Below the pieces are notes generated by a model, which made no database searches, was not told the DNA's origin, and saw only the letters and a list, made by a program, of their open reading frames with translations. A stretch of DNA of 64,000 nucleotides, taken from Candidatus Cloacimonadota bacterium (GTDB lineage Bacteria > Cloacimonadota > Cloacimonadia > Cloacimonadales > Cloacimonadaceae). The DNA lies in contig DAOTNF010000004.1 in the NCBI GenBank assembly GCA_035450685.1, forward strand, positions 42,612 through 106,611. Direction: 5' to 3'. Made by a program: the position numbers and the translations under genes. Numbering within the stretch: the first letter of the stretch is position 1; every line of letters starts with the position of its first letter. Of this stretch, positions 10,176 through 17,707 are shown in pieces.

Positions 10176-13070
10176 TCAGCGCAGAAGCAGCATCTTGCGC
10201 AGGGCAGAGGACGAGCCCTGGCTGACCCGGATGATATAGACTCCGCTGGCAACCTGTGCGCCGGAGGCATCGCTGCCGTCCCAGTCAAACACTCGGGATT
10301 TCACTCCAGGCCCGGCGTAGAGTTGCCTGACCTGTTGCCCACGCAGGTTGTAGATGCCAACGCTAAGCTCCTGGCGCTGGTCTTTGGAGTCCACCCGGAA
10401 ACTGGTAAGGCCGCGGAAGGGATTGGGATAGTTGGCATGGATTCTGATCCCGGGGTTTGGGACAGCCTGGGGATCCTGCAGCGCGGTGGATGTCTCGGCA
10501 AAATACTCCGTAAACACGTAGTCCACCAGGCTCTTGGCCTCGTCCTGATGGATGTTGTAGAGCGGGATGCTGGTGGTGAAAACCTTTCCGTTGCGATTCA
10601 TGTTCAACACGCCCACCGGCATGCCGTTCATCGCTCCCTGGGGTGAGTCTGCCGCGTAGTCCGAGCCATAGTTGTAAACAGTGGTGCAGTTTGGATTGGG
10701 GCTGATGCTTTCCACCTGGAGGATATGCCCGTTGAGCGCGGTGGTGGTCTTGTTGGGATCAATCGAGATGGCGGGGAACGGGTCTTGCGCGGGCGTCGCA
10801 TACCTGAAGCGCGCGCTATGCAGCAGGTTGCATCCGCCGATGCCAATCACGGAATTGATGAATGAATCCGCCGGAAAGCTGTTGGGATAGGTGGCGTTGA
10901 GGTCAAAGGCCATGGAAGGCTTGTAGGTGCTGAAGAAGATGTTGCCTCCGGCTTCGATGTATTCCCTCAGCACTTCCTGGTGGAAATAGGGGTAGTCCAT
11001 GCTGGCGAGGTCGTTGCCATGCCAGAGGATGGAGGAATAGACGCTGAGGTCTGCCAGGCGGACATCCGCGTTCAGGATATTCAGATCAAGCTGGGTGGGA
11101 GAGAAATCTGCGGCGATGGCGGCATAGAATTCGTCTGCCTGCTGATCGGAGGGCTGGAAAGGATTGGTTCCCGCCAGATCGCTGGTCTCATCCACGATCA
11201 GGACGCCCTGATCCAGGGTCAGGGGGCGGCTGCGCAACACCGCGGCGGAGGGGCTGGTGTTTCCGCCCTGATCCACGGCGTAAAGGCTGTAATAGTAATA
11301 GTTATGCGATCCTTCCACAGCGTTGTCCGTATAGCTCGGCGTGCCCTGGATGGTGGCCAGCAGGTCACCCAATACATCCCCATCTTGCGAGCGGTAGAGC
11401 CGGTAGCACTGCAGGTCAAGTTCGGTGTTTGCTTCCCAGTTTAACGCGATGCAGGTGGGCTGGGGCTGATCCCGGAAGCCTGCCGGAGTCAGGGGGACGG
11501 AGCGGGGCGTGCCACTGGAGTAAACCATGTAGCTTTCGTTGGCCTGGGAGTCCACGGAACTAACTGCCACATAGTAGATCTGGTTTTCCGTGAGCCCTGC
11601 GAGGGTGAAGTGGTTGACGGAAGCCACCTGGGGAGCGCTCCACTGTTCGCCCGTCTCGCTGTAATATACCCTGTATTGGCTGACAGAGGGATCGGGGCAC
11701 TGATCCCATCTCACATAGAGCGAGTTTCCGTTGCCGGTGTCAAATACTTCAAGATTGGCTGGTGCGGAAGGCATATCCGCGAAGGTGGCTGCGCAGGCAA
11801 GTGAGGCGCGGATCACTTCAGCGCAATAGGGTGGATTGAGGTTGGCGATGATATCCTGGTCGGTGTGATAGACAGGCGAGAAATCAGATTCAAAAAAGTA
11901 GATCACGTTATAGCCCGCCTGAAAGAACGACGAGCTGTCACTGCTGGGGCTGTTCAAGTTTCCATAATAGGCATCCAGAGTGGTGTATTGTTCGGTGATC
12001 TGGGCGGCATGGGAACTGTGCTCCAAAGAGCCGTCATAGGGCATCAGGCGCACCCGCCAGGTGCCGGGACTGGTGTTGTTGGCGATCATGTCGTGATTGA
12101 TCATCAGGCGGATGTTCATGCCGGCTTGCAGGGCTGTCTGGGCATAGTGCCTTGAGCCCCAGAGGCCGAATTCTTCCGCGGCAAAGGTCACGAACCGGAT
12201 GGATGTTTTGGGCTGGTATCCGCTTTGCATCATCACCCGCGCCATTTCCAGGGCGGCAACGCTGCCGCTGGCGTTATCATCCGCGCCGGGAGCGGTGGTG
12301 TAGGGATCGCTGTTGCCGGAGATGGAATCGTGGTGCCCGCCCACGATGATATACTGGTTGGGATAGACGGTGCCGGGGATGGTGGCGACAACGTTGTATT
12401 GGTCGGTGTTTTGCCAGGTAAACTGCTGCAGCACGACGTCGGTGATGCCAAAGCTGATGAACTTTTGGCGAATCCACTCCGCCACCTGCTGGCGATTGCT
12501 GGCGCGGGCGTAGCGGGTCTGGAAATCCTGCAGGTTTTGCAAAAGGTTCTGCACGGAGGCGGTGTTCACCATCGCCACCATCTGGTCGATCTCGGTGCGG
12601 GTCTCGCGCGAGGATTGCTGGCTCAAACCGGTATCAGGAAAGCGCAGAGGCTCCAGATTGAGGGGCGCAAAGGGATGGCGGAGCAGGGGGCGGAGCGCGA
12701 TCTCATCCAAAGAGTTGCTCACCAGGCAGGCGTTATCCATTTCCCACAGCAGCTTTCCGGCCTGGGCGGGAACCGCTTCGCCTGGCAGCTTGCCCACGAT
12801 CCACAGGTTTTCGGAAGAGGGATGGGGCGCCAGCCAGACAAAGCCCTCGTAAAGCTTTGAAGGCGCGTCCGGCACCAGGGCGATCACGCTTGTGGAGTCG
12901 TAGTGCAATATCCCATAGCCCTCGCTTTGCAGTTGGCGCACGGTCTGTTGCAGGCTGGTCTGCCCGTTTTGAATGGTTTCCAGCGGCAGGGCGGCGATGT
13001 GGCTGGCCATCAGCTTTCCCGCGCTGAAGAGCAGGAGCAGGGCCAGAAGCGGTATAATCTTTCTTTGCAT
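10176..13070 (-). CDS. secreted M28-family metallopeptidase with FlgD-Ig/T9SS-type C-terminal sorting domain
   Basis: 964 aa. Signal peptide. M28 zinc-ligand motifs 'GGHHDS', 'GADDNASGS', 'AAEEFGLWGS'. C-terminal ~85 aa 'ANYPNPFRGLTSF...GIYNLRGQQV...WDGSDASG..SGVYIIRV'. Confidence 0.85.
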   Translation of the reverse strand: MQRKIIPLLALLLLFSAGKLMASHIAALPLETIQNGQTSLQQTVRQLQSEGYGILHYDSTSVIALVPDAPSKLYEGFVWLAPHPSSENLWIVGKLPGEAVPAQAGKLLWEMDNACLVSNSLDEIALRPLLRHPFAPLNLEPLRFPDTGLSQQSSRETRTEIDQMVAMVNTASVQNLLQNLQDFQTRYARASNRQQVAEWIRQKFISFGITDVVLQQFTWQNTDQYNVVATIPGTVYPNQYIIVGGHHDSISGNSDPYTTAPGADDNASGSVAALEMARVMMQSGYQPKTSIRFVTFAAEEFGLWGSRHYAQTALQAGMNIRLMINHDMIANNTSPGTWRVRLMPYDGSLEHSSHAAQITEQYTTLDAYYGNLNSPSSDSSSFFQAGYNVIYFFESDFSPVYHTDQDIIANLNPPYCAEVIRASLACAATFADMPSAPANLEVFDTGNGNSLYVRWDQCPDPSVSQYRVYYSETGEQWSAPQVASVNHFTLAGLTENQIYYVAVSSVDSQANESYMVYSSGTPRSVPLTPAGFRDQPQPTCIALNWEANTELDLQCYRLYRSQDGDVLGDLLATIQGTPSYTDNAVEGSHNYYYYSLYAVDQGGNTSPSAAVLRSRPLTLDQGVLIVDETSDLAGTNPFQPSDQQADEFYAAIAADFSPTQLDLNILNADVRLADLSVYSSILWHGNDLASMDYPYFHQEVLREYIEAGGNIFFSTYKPSMAFDLNATYPNSFPADSFINSVIGIGGCNLLHSARFRYATPAQDPFPAISIDPNKTTTALNGHILQVESISPNPNCTTVYNYGSDYAADSPQGAMNGMPVGVLNMNRNGKVFTTSIPLYNIHQDEAKSLVDYVFTEYFAETSTALQDPQAVPNPGIRIHANYPNPFRGLTSFRVDSKDQRQELSVGIYNLRGQQVRQLYAGPGVKSRVFDWDGSDASGAQVASGVYIIRVSQGSSSALRKMLLLR

Positions 13071-13292
13071 GGGTTCCTCTTATTTGCGCAGACCTCTGAA
13101 TATCCGGTCTGACTGTGTGGAACAGAATGCAATAATCATTCCCAGAACAAGCCAAAATTGGCCGCGGAAATAATTATGTCAAAGTGGCTGGAGCCTGCCA
13201 ATATCTCCGCTGTCTCACATTATTTGCCGCGGAATCATCAGCCAGATGGGGAGTTGCGGATTGCATTGCCGGAGAAGGATGATTTTTTGTGC

Positions 13293-13321
13293 TTGACATT
13301 TAACACAGGAGAGTATATATA
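13293..13321 (+). promoter_or_regulatory. sigma70-like promoter candidate for the PDZ gene
   Basis: TTGACA (13293-13298), 17-nt spacer, TATATA (13316-13321). About 30 nt upstream of RBS GGAGG (13343) and ATG 13353. Confidence 0.45.
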
Positions 13322-13352
13322 ATGAACATAGAATTTGAACATGGAGGTTCAT

Positions 13353-14453
13353 ATGCGAAAAGTTCTCTTGATCATCCTATTGGCGGCCGCCGTCAATATG
13401 GTTTTCGGCACCTGTGGCGACCACGGTATGGGCAAGATGGTTTTCATGACCGGCGATGCTCAGGCATCGGCAGTGTTTTTTGGCATTGTAGTGGAAGATA
13501 TCGACGCAAAAACAGCGGAGGCTATGGACTATCCTTATGGATACGGAATCCTGATCACCACTGTTGTTCCGGGTTCTCCCGCGGAGGGATACGGCTTGCA
13601 AGCCAACGACGTGCTCACCGCCATCGATGGGGAAACTGTGAAAGACACGGAAGATTTCGACGAGATCAGGGAAGATCTGGAGCCGGGCGAAGTGGTGAGT
13701 ATTGGATACTGGCGGGCAGGCAAGGACTTTAACAAGGAAGTGACCCTGCAGGGCAGGGATACGCCGCAAATGCAGTATCAACTCCAGAAACAGAGCACGC
13801 CCAGCAAGGTAGGCTCCGGAGGGGGCTCCTTTATTCCCATGTGGTGTATGATTGATATGGATGATGTGAACGCCCTCCTGGAAGGGCTGCATTTCAAACC
13901 GATCGGGGATAAAGGCATTTTGATGCAAGGCATTGGCGGCAAGGGACATGTGGGCAAAGGCTTCTTTGTCGGCGGAGTGATTACTTCTTACTCGGACAAC
14001 TATAAGCAAAACAACCCCAATGACAGTAACTATCACGACTATGTCCGCTATGAGAGCGGCTTTGGCGGCGTGACCCTGGATAAGCGCTTCCCGATCTGCA
14101 AGAACTTTGTGGGTTCCCTGGGAGTGCTGCTGGGTGGCGGCGGACACACGATTGAGCTGATGCACAGCAACGCGGATTATTCCTGGCCGGACAATAATAC
14201 TGAATTCACCTCCGGCAACTATCATTCCACCATCAACCGCTCCTACATGATCGTACAGCCCAAAGCGGAACTGATGTACCGTCTGCTCAACTGGCTGTCA
14301 ATCCGCGCCGAAGTGGGTTACGTGTATGGCTACACCGGCAAGGAAGGCTGGCGGGTTCAGGGCCTCGCGGATGAAACCTTCTATGTGAAAAACTCTCCCA
14401 ATACACCCTACCGTGGCCTGACGTTCTCGATAGGCCCCTGGTTCGGTTTCTGA
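13353..14453 (+). CDS. secreted PDZ-domain protein with beta-barrel-like C-terminal half
   Basis: Start chosen at MRKVLLIILLAAAVNMVFG (signal peptide, RBS GGAGG). PDZ core 'GILITTVVPGSPAEGYGLQANDVLTAIDGETVKD'. The C-terminus ends in the aromatic OMP-like signature 'LTFSIGPWFGF'. Confidence 0.75.
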   Translation: MRKVLLIILLAAAVNMVFGTCGDHGMGKMVFMTGDAQASAVFFGIVVEDIDAKTAEAMDYPYGYGILITTVVPGSPAEGYGLQANDVLTAIDGETVKDTEDFDEIREDLEPGEVVSIGYWRAGKDFNKEVTLQGRDTPQMQYQLQKQSTPSKVGSGGGSFIPMWCMIDMDDVNALLEGLHFKPIGDKGILMQGIGGKGHVGKGFFVGGVITSYSDNYKQNNPNDSNYHDYVRYESGFGGVTLDKRFPICKNFVGSLGVLLGGGGHTIELMHSNADYSWPDNNTEFTSGNYHSTINRSYMIVQPKAELMYRLLNWLSIRAEVGYVYGYTGKEGWRVQGLADETFYVKNSPNTPYRGLTFSIGPWFGF

Positions 14454-14477
14454 ACAATCTAAGCAAATAAAGATCAT

Positions 14478-14505
14478 ACCCGCGGCTCCAACCGCGGGTT
14501 TTTTT
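14478..14505 (+). terminator. rho-independent terminator of the PDZ gene
   Basis: ACCCGCGG-CTCCAA-CCGCGGGT followed by TTTTTTT. Confidence 0.8.
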
Positions 14506-14526
14506 GTGAGCAACCCAGACCGCGGG

Positions 14527-15090
14527 CCGTGATCCAGTCTTTTAGAAAAATCTTCCACAAATTACACAAATTAACACGAATTATAGAGGGTGGAAAGGTT
14601 GAAAGGTGGAATGGTGAAATGAGCCGTAGTGTAGCGGCGCTTGCCATAGCGCCGTGCAAAAAACAACCACCCGACCCCGAAACAAATCACACCAGTCTAT
14701 CTACCGTGTCATCCCGGGCAAGCGTGCTTGACCCGGGATCCAGTCTTTTAGAAACAACCAGCCAGCCAAGAAACAAGCACCACAGACGATAAAACCGTGT
14801 CATCACGGCCTGCGAGCCGTGATCCAGTCTTTTAGAAACTACCACCCAGCCTCAAAACAAATCACACCAGACTATATACCATGATGACACAGCTTTATAG
14901 TTTGGAGGTGATTTCTTTCGGGGCTGACGTCCACTATTTCACTCTTTCATTATTACCACCTCACCACGAAGTCCTTTCTGGACGCTCCTTTCCACCATTT
15001 CACCTTTCCACCTTTCCACCTTCAAAGATTCTGTTATCCGCGTTCTATTTCACATTTCCACAGTCTTTTACGGATCGTAGCACCTATATA
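14527..15090. repeat. modular repeat locus A: hairpin 'U' units (2 full, 1 partial direct, 1 inverted) plus CACRAATTA and GGTGGAAA mini-repeats in both orientations
   Basis: GTGTCATC-hairpin-GATCCAGTCTTTTAGAAAC at 14706-14755 and 14797-14839; partial at 14527-14548; inverted GATGACAC+linker at 14883-14923. CACAAATTACACAAATTAACACGAATTA at 14556-14583. GGTGGAAAGGTTGAAAGGTGGAATGGTGAAAT at 14589-14620, with its reverse complement at 14988-15020. Confidence 0.75.
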
Positions 15091-15094
15091 TATG

Positions 15095-15180
15095 GGGCCG
15101 CGTTTGCAATACCCGGCTCGCTGGTGGTCTTCCGGCAGTCATCCTTAACCTGGTGAGGGATGACCTAAGGATGATGACCC
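15095..15180. repeat. palindromic iteron element, copy 2 (opposite orientation)
   Basis: GTCATCCTTAACCTGGTGAGGGATGACCTAAGGATGATG (15138-15176) is the reverse complement of the copy-4 core apart from one mismatch. Lies ~40 nt upstream of the 145-aa gene start. Confidence 0.55.
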
Positions 15181-15218
15181 GCAAGCGCGGCCCCTCAAAG
15201 CAAAACGAGGAGGACACC

Positions 15219-15656
15219 ATGAAGGTGAATTACAATCAACCAGTACTCAGCTACAGCGGACACTGCGACGGACTTATCTATTACTACCACAGGAGGTTGA
15301 AGGTGTATATTGCCAGAGCCTACGCCAAGCCCCGCCAAAGCGGACAAAACGACAGGATAGCGGCCATAACCCGCAACCTGTGGGCGCTGGAGCCATCCCA
15401 AGGCTGGCTTTACGATCTGGATATCTACCGCCAAATACACAATGGCAACACGAGTGAAAACGAGCCCCAACTGCTAAGCGCGCAAAGCCTTTACATCAAG
15501 CTGATGTGGGCCATGGGACGGAAACTGGGGCTGGACCTTGCCACGCTGACCCGGGACGACATCGCTGACCTGCCCTGCCGCACCGTGAAAAGCGCGGTGG
15601 AGGCGGGACTGCTGCCCCGGGTCGCGGGTTGTGAAAACTTCACGCGGGAGTTTTGA
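15219..15656 (+). CDS. hypothetical protein (145 aa), no recognisable domain
   Basis: ATG 15219 preceded by RBS GAGGAGG (15207-15213). Host-like GC. Own terminator immediately downstream. The upstream part of the listed ORF (15153) runs through the palindromic repeat and is unlikely to be coding. Confidence 0.6.
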   Translation: MKVNYNQPVLSYSGHCDGLIYYYHRRLKVYIARAYAKPRQSGQNDRIAAITRNLWALEPSQGWLYDLDIYRQIHNGNTSENEPQLLSAQSLYIKLMWAMGRKLGLDLATLTRDDIADLPCRTVKSAVEAGLLPRVAGCENFTREF

Positions 15657-15680
15657 GGCGGACTCCGGTCCGCCTTTTCC
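15657..15680 (+). terminator. rho-independent terminator of the 145-aa gene
   Basis: GGCGGAC-TCCG-GTCCGCC followed by TTTTCC, starting 1 nt after the stop codon. Confidence 0.7.
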
Positions 15681-15821
15681 GCTTATTTAGGCATTCACAC
15701 TCTCGGATTCAGAAAAGCATCAACCTGTATTCTGACTAATCTGGATAAGGCCAAATGAGACAGATTTTTGGGTTGACAAGAAATGTCAGTTTTCAAAAAG
15801 TAAATTGGGTTAGCGGTCTGT

Positions 15822-15852
15822 TTGACAGACTACTTTCGCAGTTGTTGATAAT
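15822..15852 (+). promoter_or_regulatory. weak promoter candidate for the R-M unit
   Basis: TTGACA (15822-15827), then an 18-19 nt spacer, then TGATAAT (15846-15852). RBS GGAGA at 15861. Spacer is longer than optimal. Confidence 0.25.
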
Positions 15853-15871
15853 AAATATATGGAGATATTTA

Positions 15872-16831
15872 ATGCGGTTTCAAACCTATGAAGGAACTTT
15901 TGACTTCGAACCGATAAAGTTGAGATATGCCATCGAAAATGCAGATGCACTGGAAGTTCTCTTAGGCATGGAGAATGAGTCTGTTTCCTTAATAATGACT
16001 TCACCACCCTACAATATCGGCAAATCCTATGAAGTTAAGACATCCATTGAAAGCTATCTGAATACTCAGGAGGAGATAATCACTCAATTGGTGAGGGTTT
16101 TGTCGGATAAAGGCAGCATCTGTTGGGAAGTGGGAAACTATGTGGATAAGGGGGAAGTTTTCCCCTTGGATATATTCTATTATCAGATTTTTAAAAAACA
16201 TGGGCTTCAGCTACGCAATAGAATAATATGGCGATTTGGACATGGGTTACATGCTTCAAACCGGTTTTCGGGACGCTATGAGACCATTCTTTGGTTTACA
16301 AAAACGAATGATTATACCTTCAATCTCGATGCTGTTAGAGTGCCTTCTAAATATCCAGGTAAGAGACATTTCAAGGGTCCGAACAAAGGCTTGCTTTCCG
16401 GGAATCCCCTGGGTAAGAATCCAAGCGATATCTGGACAACCATACAGGAGGATTGGGACAGCGAGATTTGGGATATTCCCAATGTTAAGTCAAATCATCC
16501 AGAAAAAACTATCCATCCTTGTCAGTTTCCTGTCGAACTTGTAGAAAGATGCGTACTTGCATTGACTAACGAGAATGATTGGGTTCTCGATCCATTTTCT
16601 GGTGTTGGATCAACTTTGGTAGCTGCACTGAAGAACAACCGCAATGCCATCGGGATAGAAAAAGAAGCAGACTACTGCAAGGTTTCAGTCGAGAGAATCA
16701 AAGCTTTAGAAAATGGATGTTTAAAAACAAGACCAATTGGACAGAAGATACACGAACCATCAGCAAACGACAGGATAGCATCAGTACCTGATGAATGGAA
16801 GAACCTCAGCGTTTTCGGAGAGCAGAAATGA
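15872..16831 (+). CDS. type II DNA methyltransferase, beta class (N4-cytosine or N6-adenine)
   Basis: 319 aa from ATG 15872 (RBS GGAGA). Catalytic motif IV 'IMTSPPYNIG' is near the N-terminus and SAM motif I 'VLDPFSGVGSTLVAA' near the C-terminus (beta-class order). AT-rich relative to flanks. Confidence 0.9.
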   Translation: MRFQTYEGTFDFEPIKLRYAIENADALEVLLGMENESVSLIMTSPPYNIGKSYEVKTSIESYLNTQEEIITQLVRVLSDKGSICWEVGNYVDKGEVFPLDIFYYQIFKKHGLQLRNRIIWRFGHGLHASNRFSGRYETILWFTKTNDYTFNLDAVRVPSKYPGKRHFKGPNKGLLSGNPLGKNPSDIWTTIQEDWDSEIWDIPNVKSNHPEKTIHPCQFPVELVERCVLALTNENDWVLDPFSGVGSTLVAALKNNRNAIGIEKEADYCKVSVERIKALENGCLKTRPIGQKIHEPSANDRIASVPDEWKNLSVFGEQK

Positions 16832-17442
16832 GAATTGCCAAAACCTTTTCGCATATGAATGGTGAAGAGTATCTCATAGTTCATCATTCTGCACTGTATA
16901 AAGAAATCAAACATGTTGTTGCAAACGTAGATGCCCAAGCCTGTAAAACGAAGGTCAGCAAAGAAAAGAAAATGTCAGGGCAGCTTCTCTACAGTCCTAC
17001 CGACCTAAATGCATCGTTCAAACAACAATTTGAACCTTTGGGTTGGAAAGAAGCACGCTACAATTATTACATCACTTTGAATCGTGATTTGATGCTGGCG
17101 AGTCTTGATTTACCGGCAGCAGATCAAAAGAAGATGCTCGAATCTAATGGGGAACAGAATCCAATCTATAGCTATAATCAAACTGATTTCGTTAAGGAAA
17201 AAGTGGCGGTTGAAGTGCAGTTTGGTAAATATGCCTTTGTTGCTTTCGATTTGTTTGTAAAGCATATGCTCTTTTATTCTGGTGGTGTTATCAACCTGGG
17301 AATAGAGATATTACCTATGAAATCGATGCAAACTCAGATGTCGAGCGGAGTTGCTTATTTCGAGGGTGAAGTATACAACGTAATGAGGCAGGGTAGGAGC
17401 AGCCCGCCAGTACCACTTTTAATAATTGGAATTGAACCATAA
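16828..17442 (+). CDS. type II restriction endonuclease, BglII/BstYI/BamHI fold family
   Basis: 204 aa. ATG overlaps the MTase stop (ATGA 16828-16831). 'TDFVKEKVAVEVQFGKYAF' has the same D-x8-E-x-Q spacing as my recollection of the BglII catalytic segment 'DFGKRDTLVEVQFSNY'. The C-terminal 'LGIEILPMK...VPLLIIGIEP' resembles BamHI 'LAIILMPIK...PFIFIGF'. Confidence 0.75.
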   Translation: MRIAKTFSHMNGEEYLIVHHSALYKEIKHVVANVDAQACKTKVSKEKKMSGQLLYSPTDLNASFKQQFEPLGWKEARYNYYITLNRDLMLASLDLPAADQKKMLESNGEQNPIYSYNQTDFVKEKVAVEVQFGKYAFVAFDLFVKHMLFYSGGVINLGIEILPMKSMQTQMSSGVAYFEGEVYNVMRQGRSSPPVPLLIIGIEP

Positions 17443-17484
17443 GACCCTTTAGACGGCATTGATTCAGCCAAATCTGCTTGTGGT

Positions 17485-17560
17485 TTGAAGAGGGTGGGGA
17501 AAAGCTTGGGTTCTCATTTTGGACGGGTGATCACCTTTCCACGGCCATTTCAAAGAGACT
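17485..17560. repeat. degenerate inverted pair of GGTGGAAA-type (W) modules at the right flank of the R-M island
   Basis: GAAGAGGGTGGGGAAAAG (17488-17505) resembles locus A 14585-14600. GGACGGGTGATCACCTTTCCACGGCCATTTCAAAGAGACTGG (17521-17562) resembles locus A 14981-15035 (GGACGCTCCTTTCCACCATTTCA...CCTTCAAAGATTCTG). Confidence 0.45.
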
Positions 17561-17707
17561 GGACTCCGATAATTGCTGGAATAGCGCGCTCCGGATGGGG
17601 CTTACCCGCATAAGAAACCGAGTGAAAATTGATTTTCGGGGCGAATATCTGTTGACAAAAAATGACTTCCTGCTGCCACTGGAATGATTAAACTGCAAAG
17701 AGGATAG

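Noticed and set aside
14527-14925. Possible CRISPR array: regularly spaced repeats with palindromic cores. The same question applies to 52466-52895.
   Set aside because: The 'spacers' are homologous to one another (all variants of AACCACCCGACCCCGAAACAAATCACACC). Repeat lengths vary from 43 to 88 bp. One unit is inverted. No cas genes are present in the window.
14474-15156. ORFs inside repeat locus A (14474..14659-, 14529..14792+, 14881..15156+) and the equivalent ones in locus B (52266..52985, several frames).
   Set aside because: They start within repeat units (the recurrent 'MIQSF' comes from GTGATCCAGTC). Their shared peptides merely mirror the DNA repeats ('FPPFHLST', 'SKRLD'). They have no RBS and they overlap each other.
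15153-15218. Upstream extension of the 145-aa ORF (GTG 15153).
   Set aside because: It would translate the iteron palindrome. ATG 15219 has a strong GAGGAGG RBS.
15755-15871. Upstream extension of the methyltransferase ORF (listed start 15755).
   Set aside because: The extension has no MTase motifs. ATG 15872 has a well-spaced GGAGA RBS and leaves a normal N-terminus ahead of the SPPY motif.
17478-17687. 69-aa ORF between the endonuclease and SNF2 genes.
   Set aside because: No RBS or motifs, and it spans the degenerate repeat remnants.
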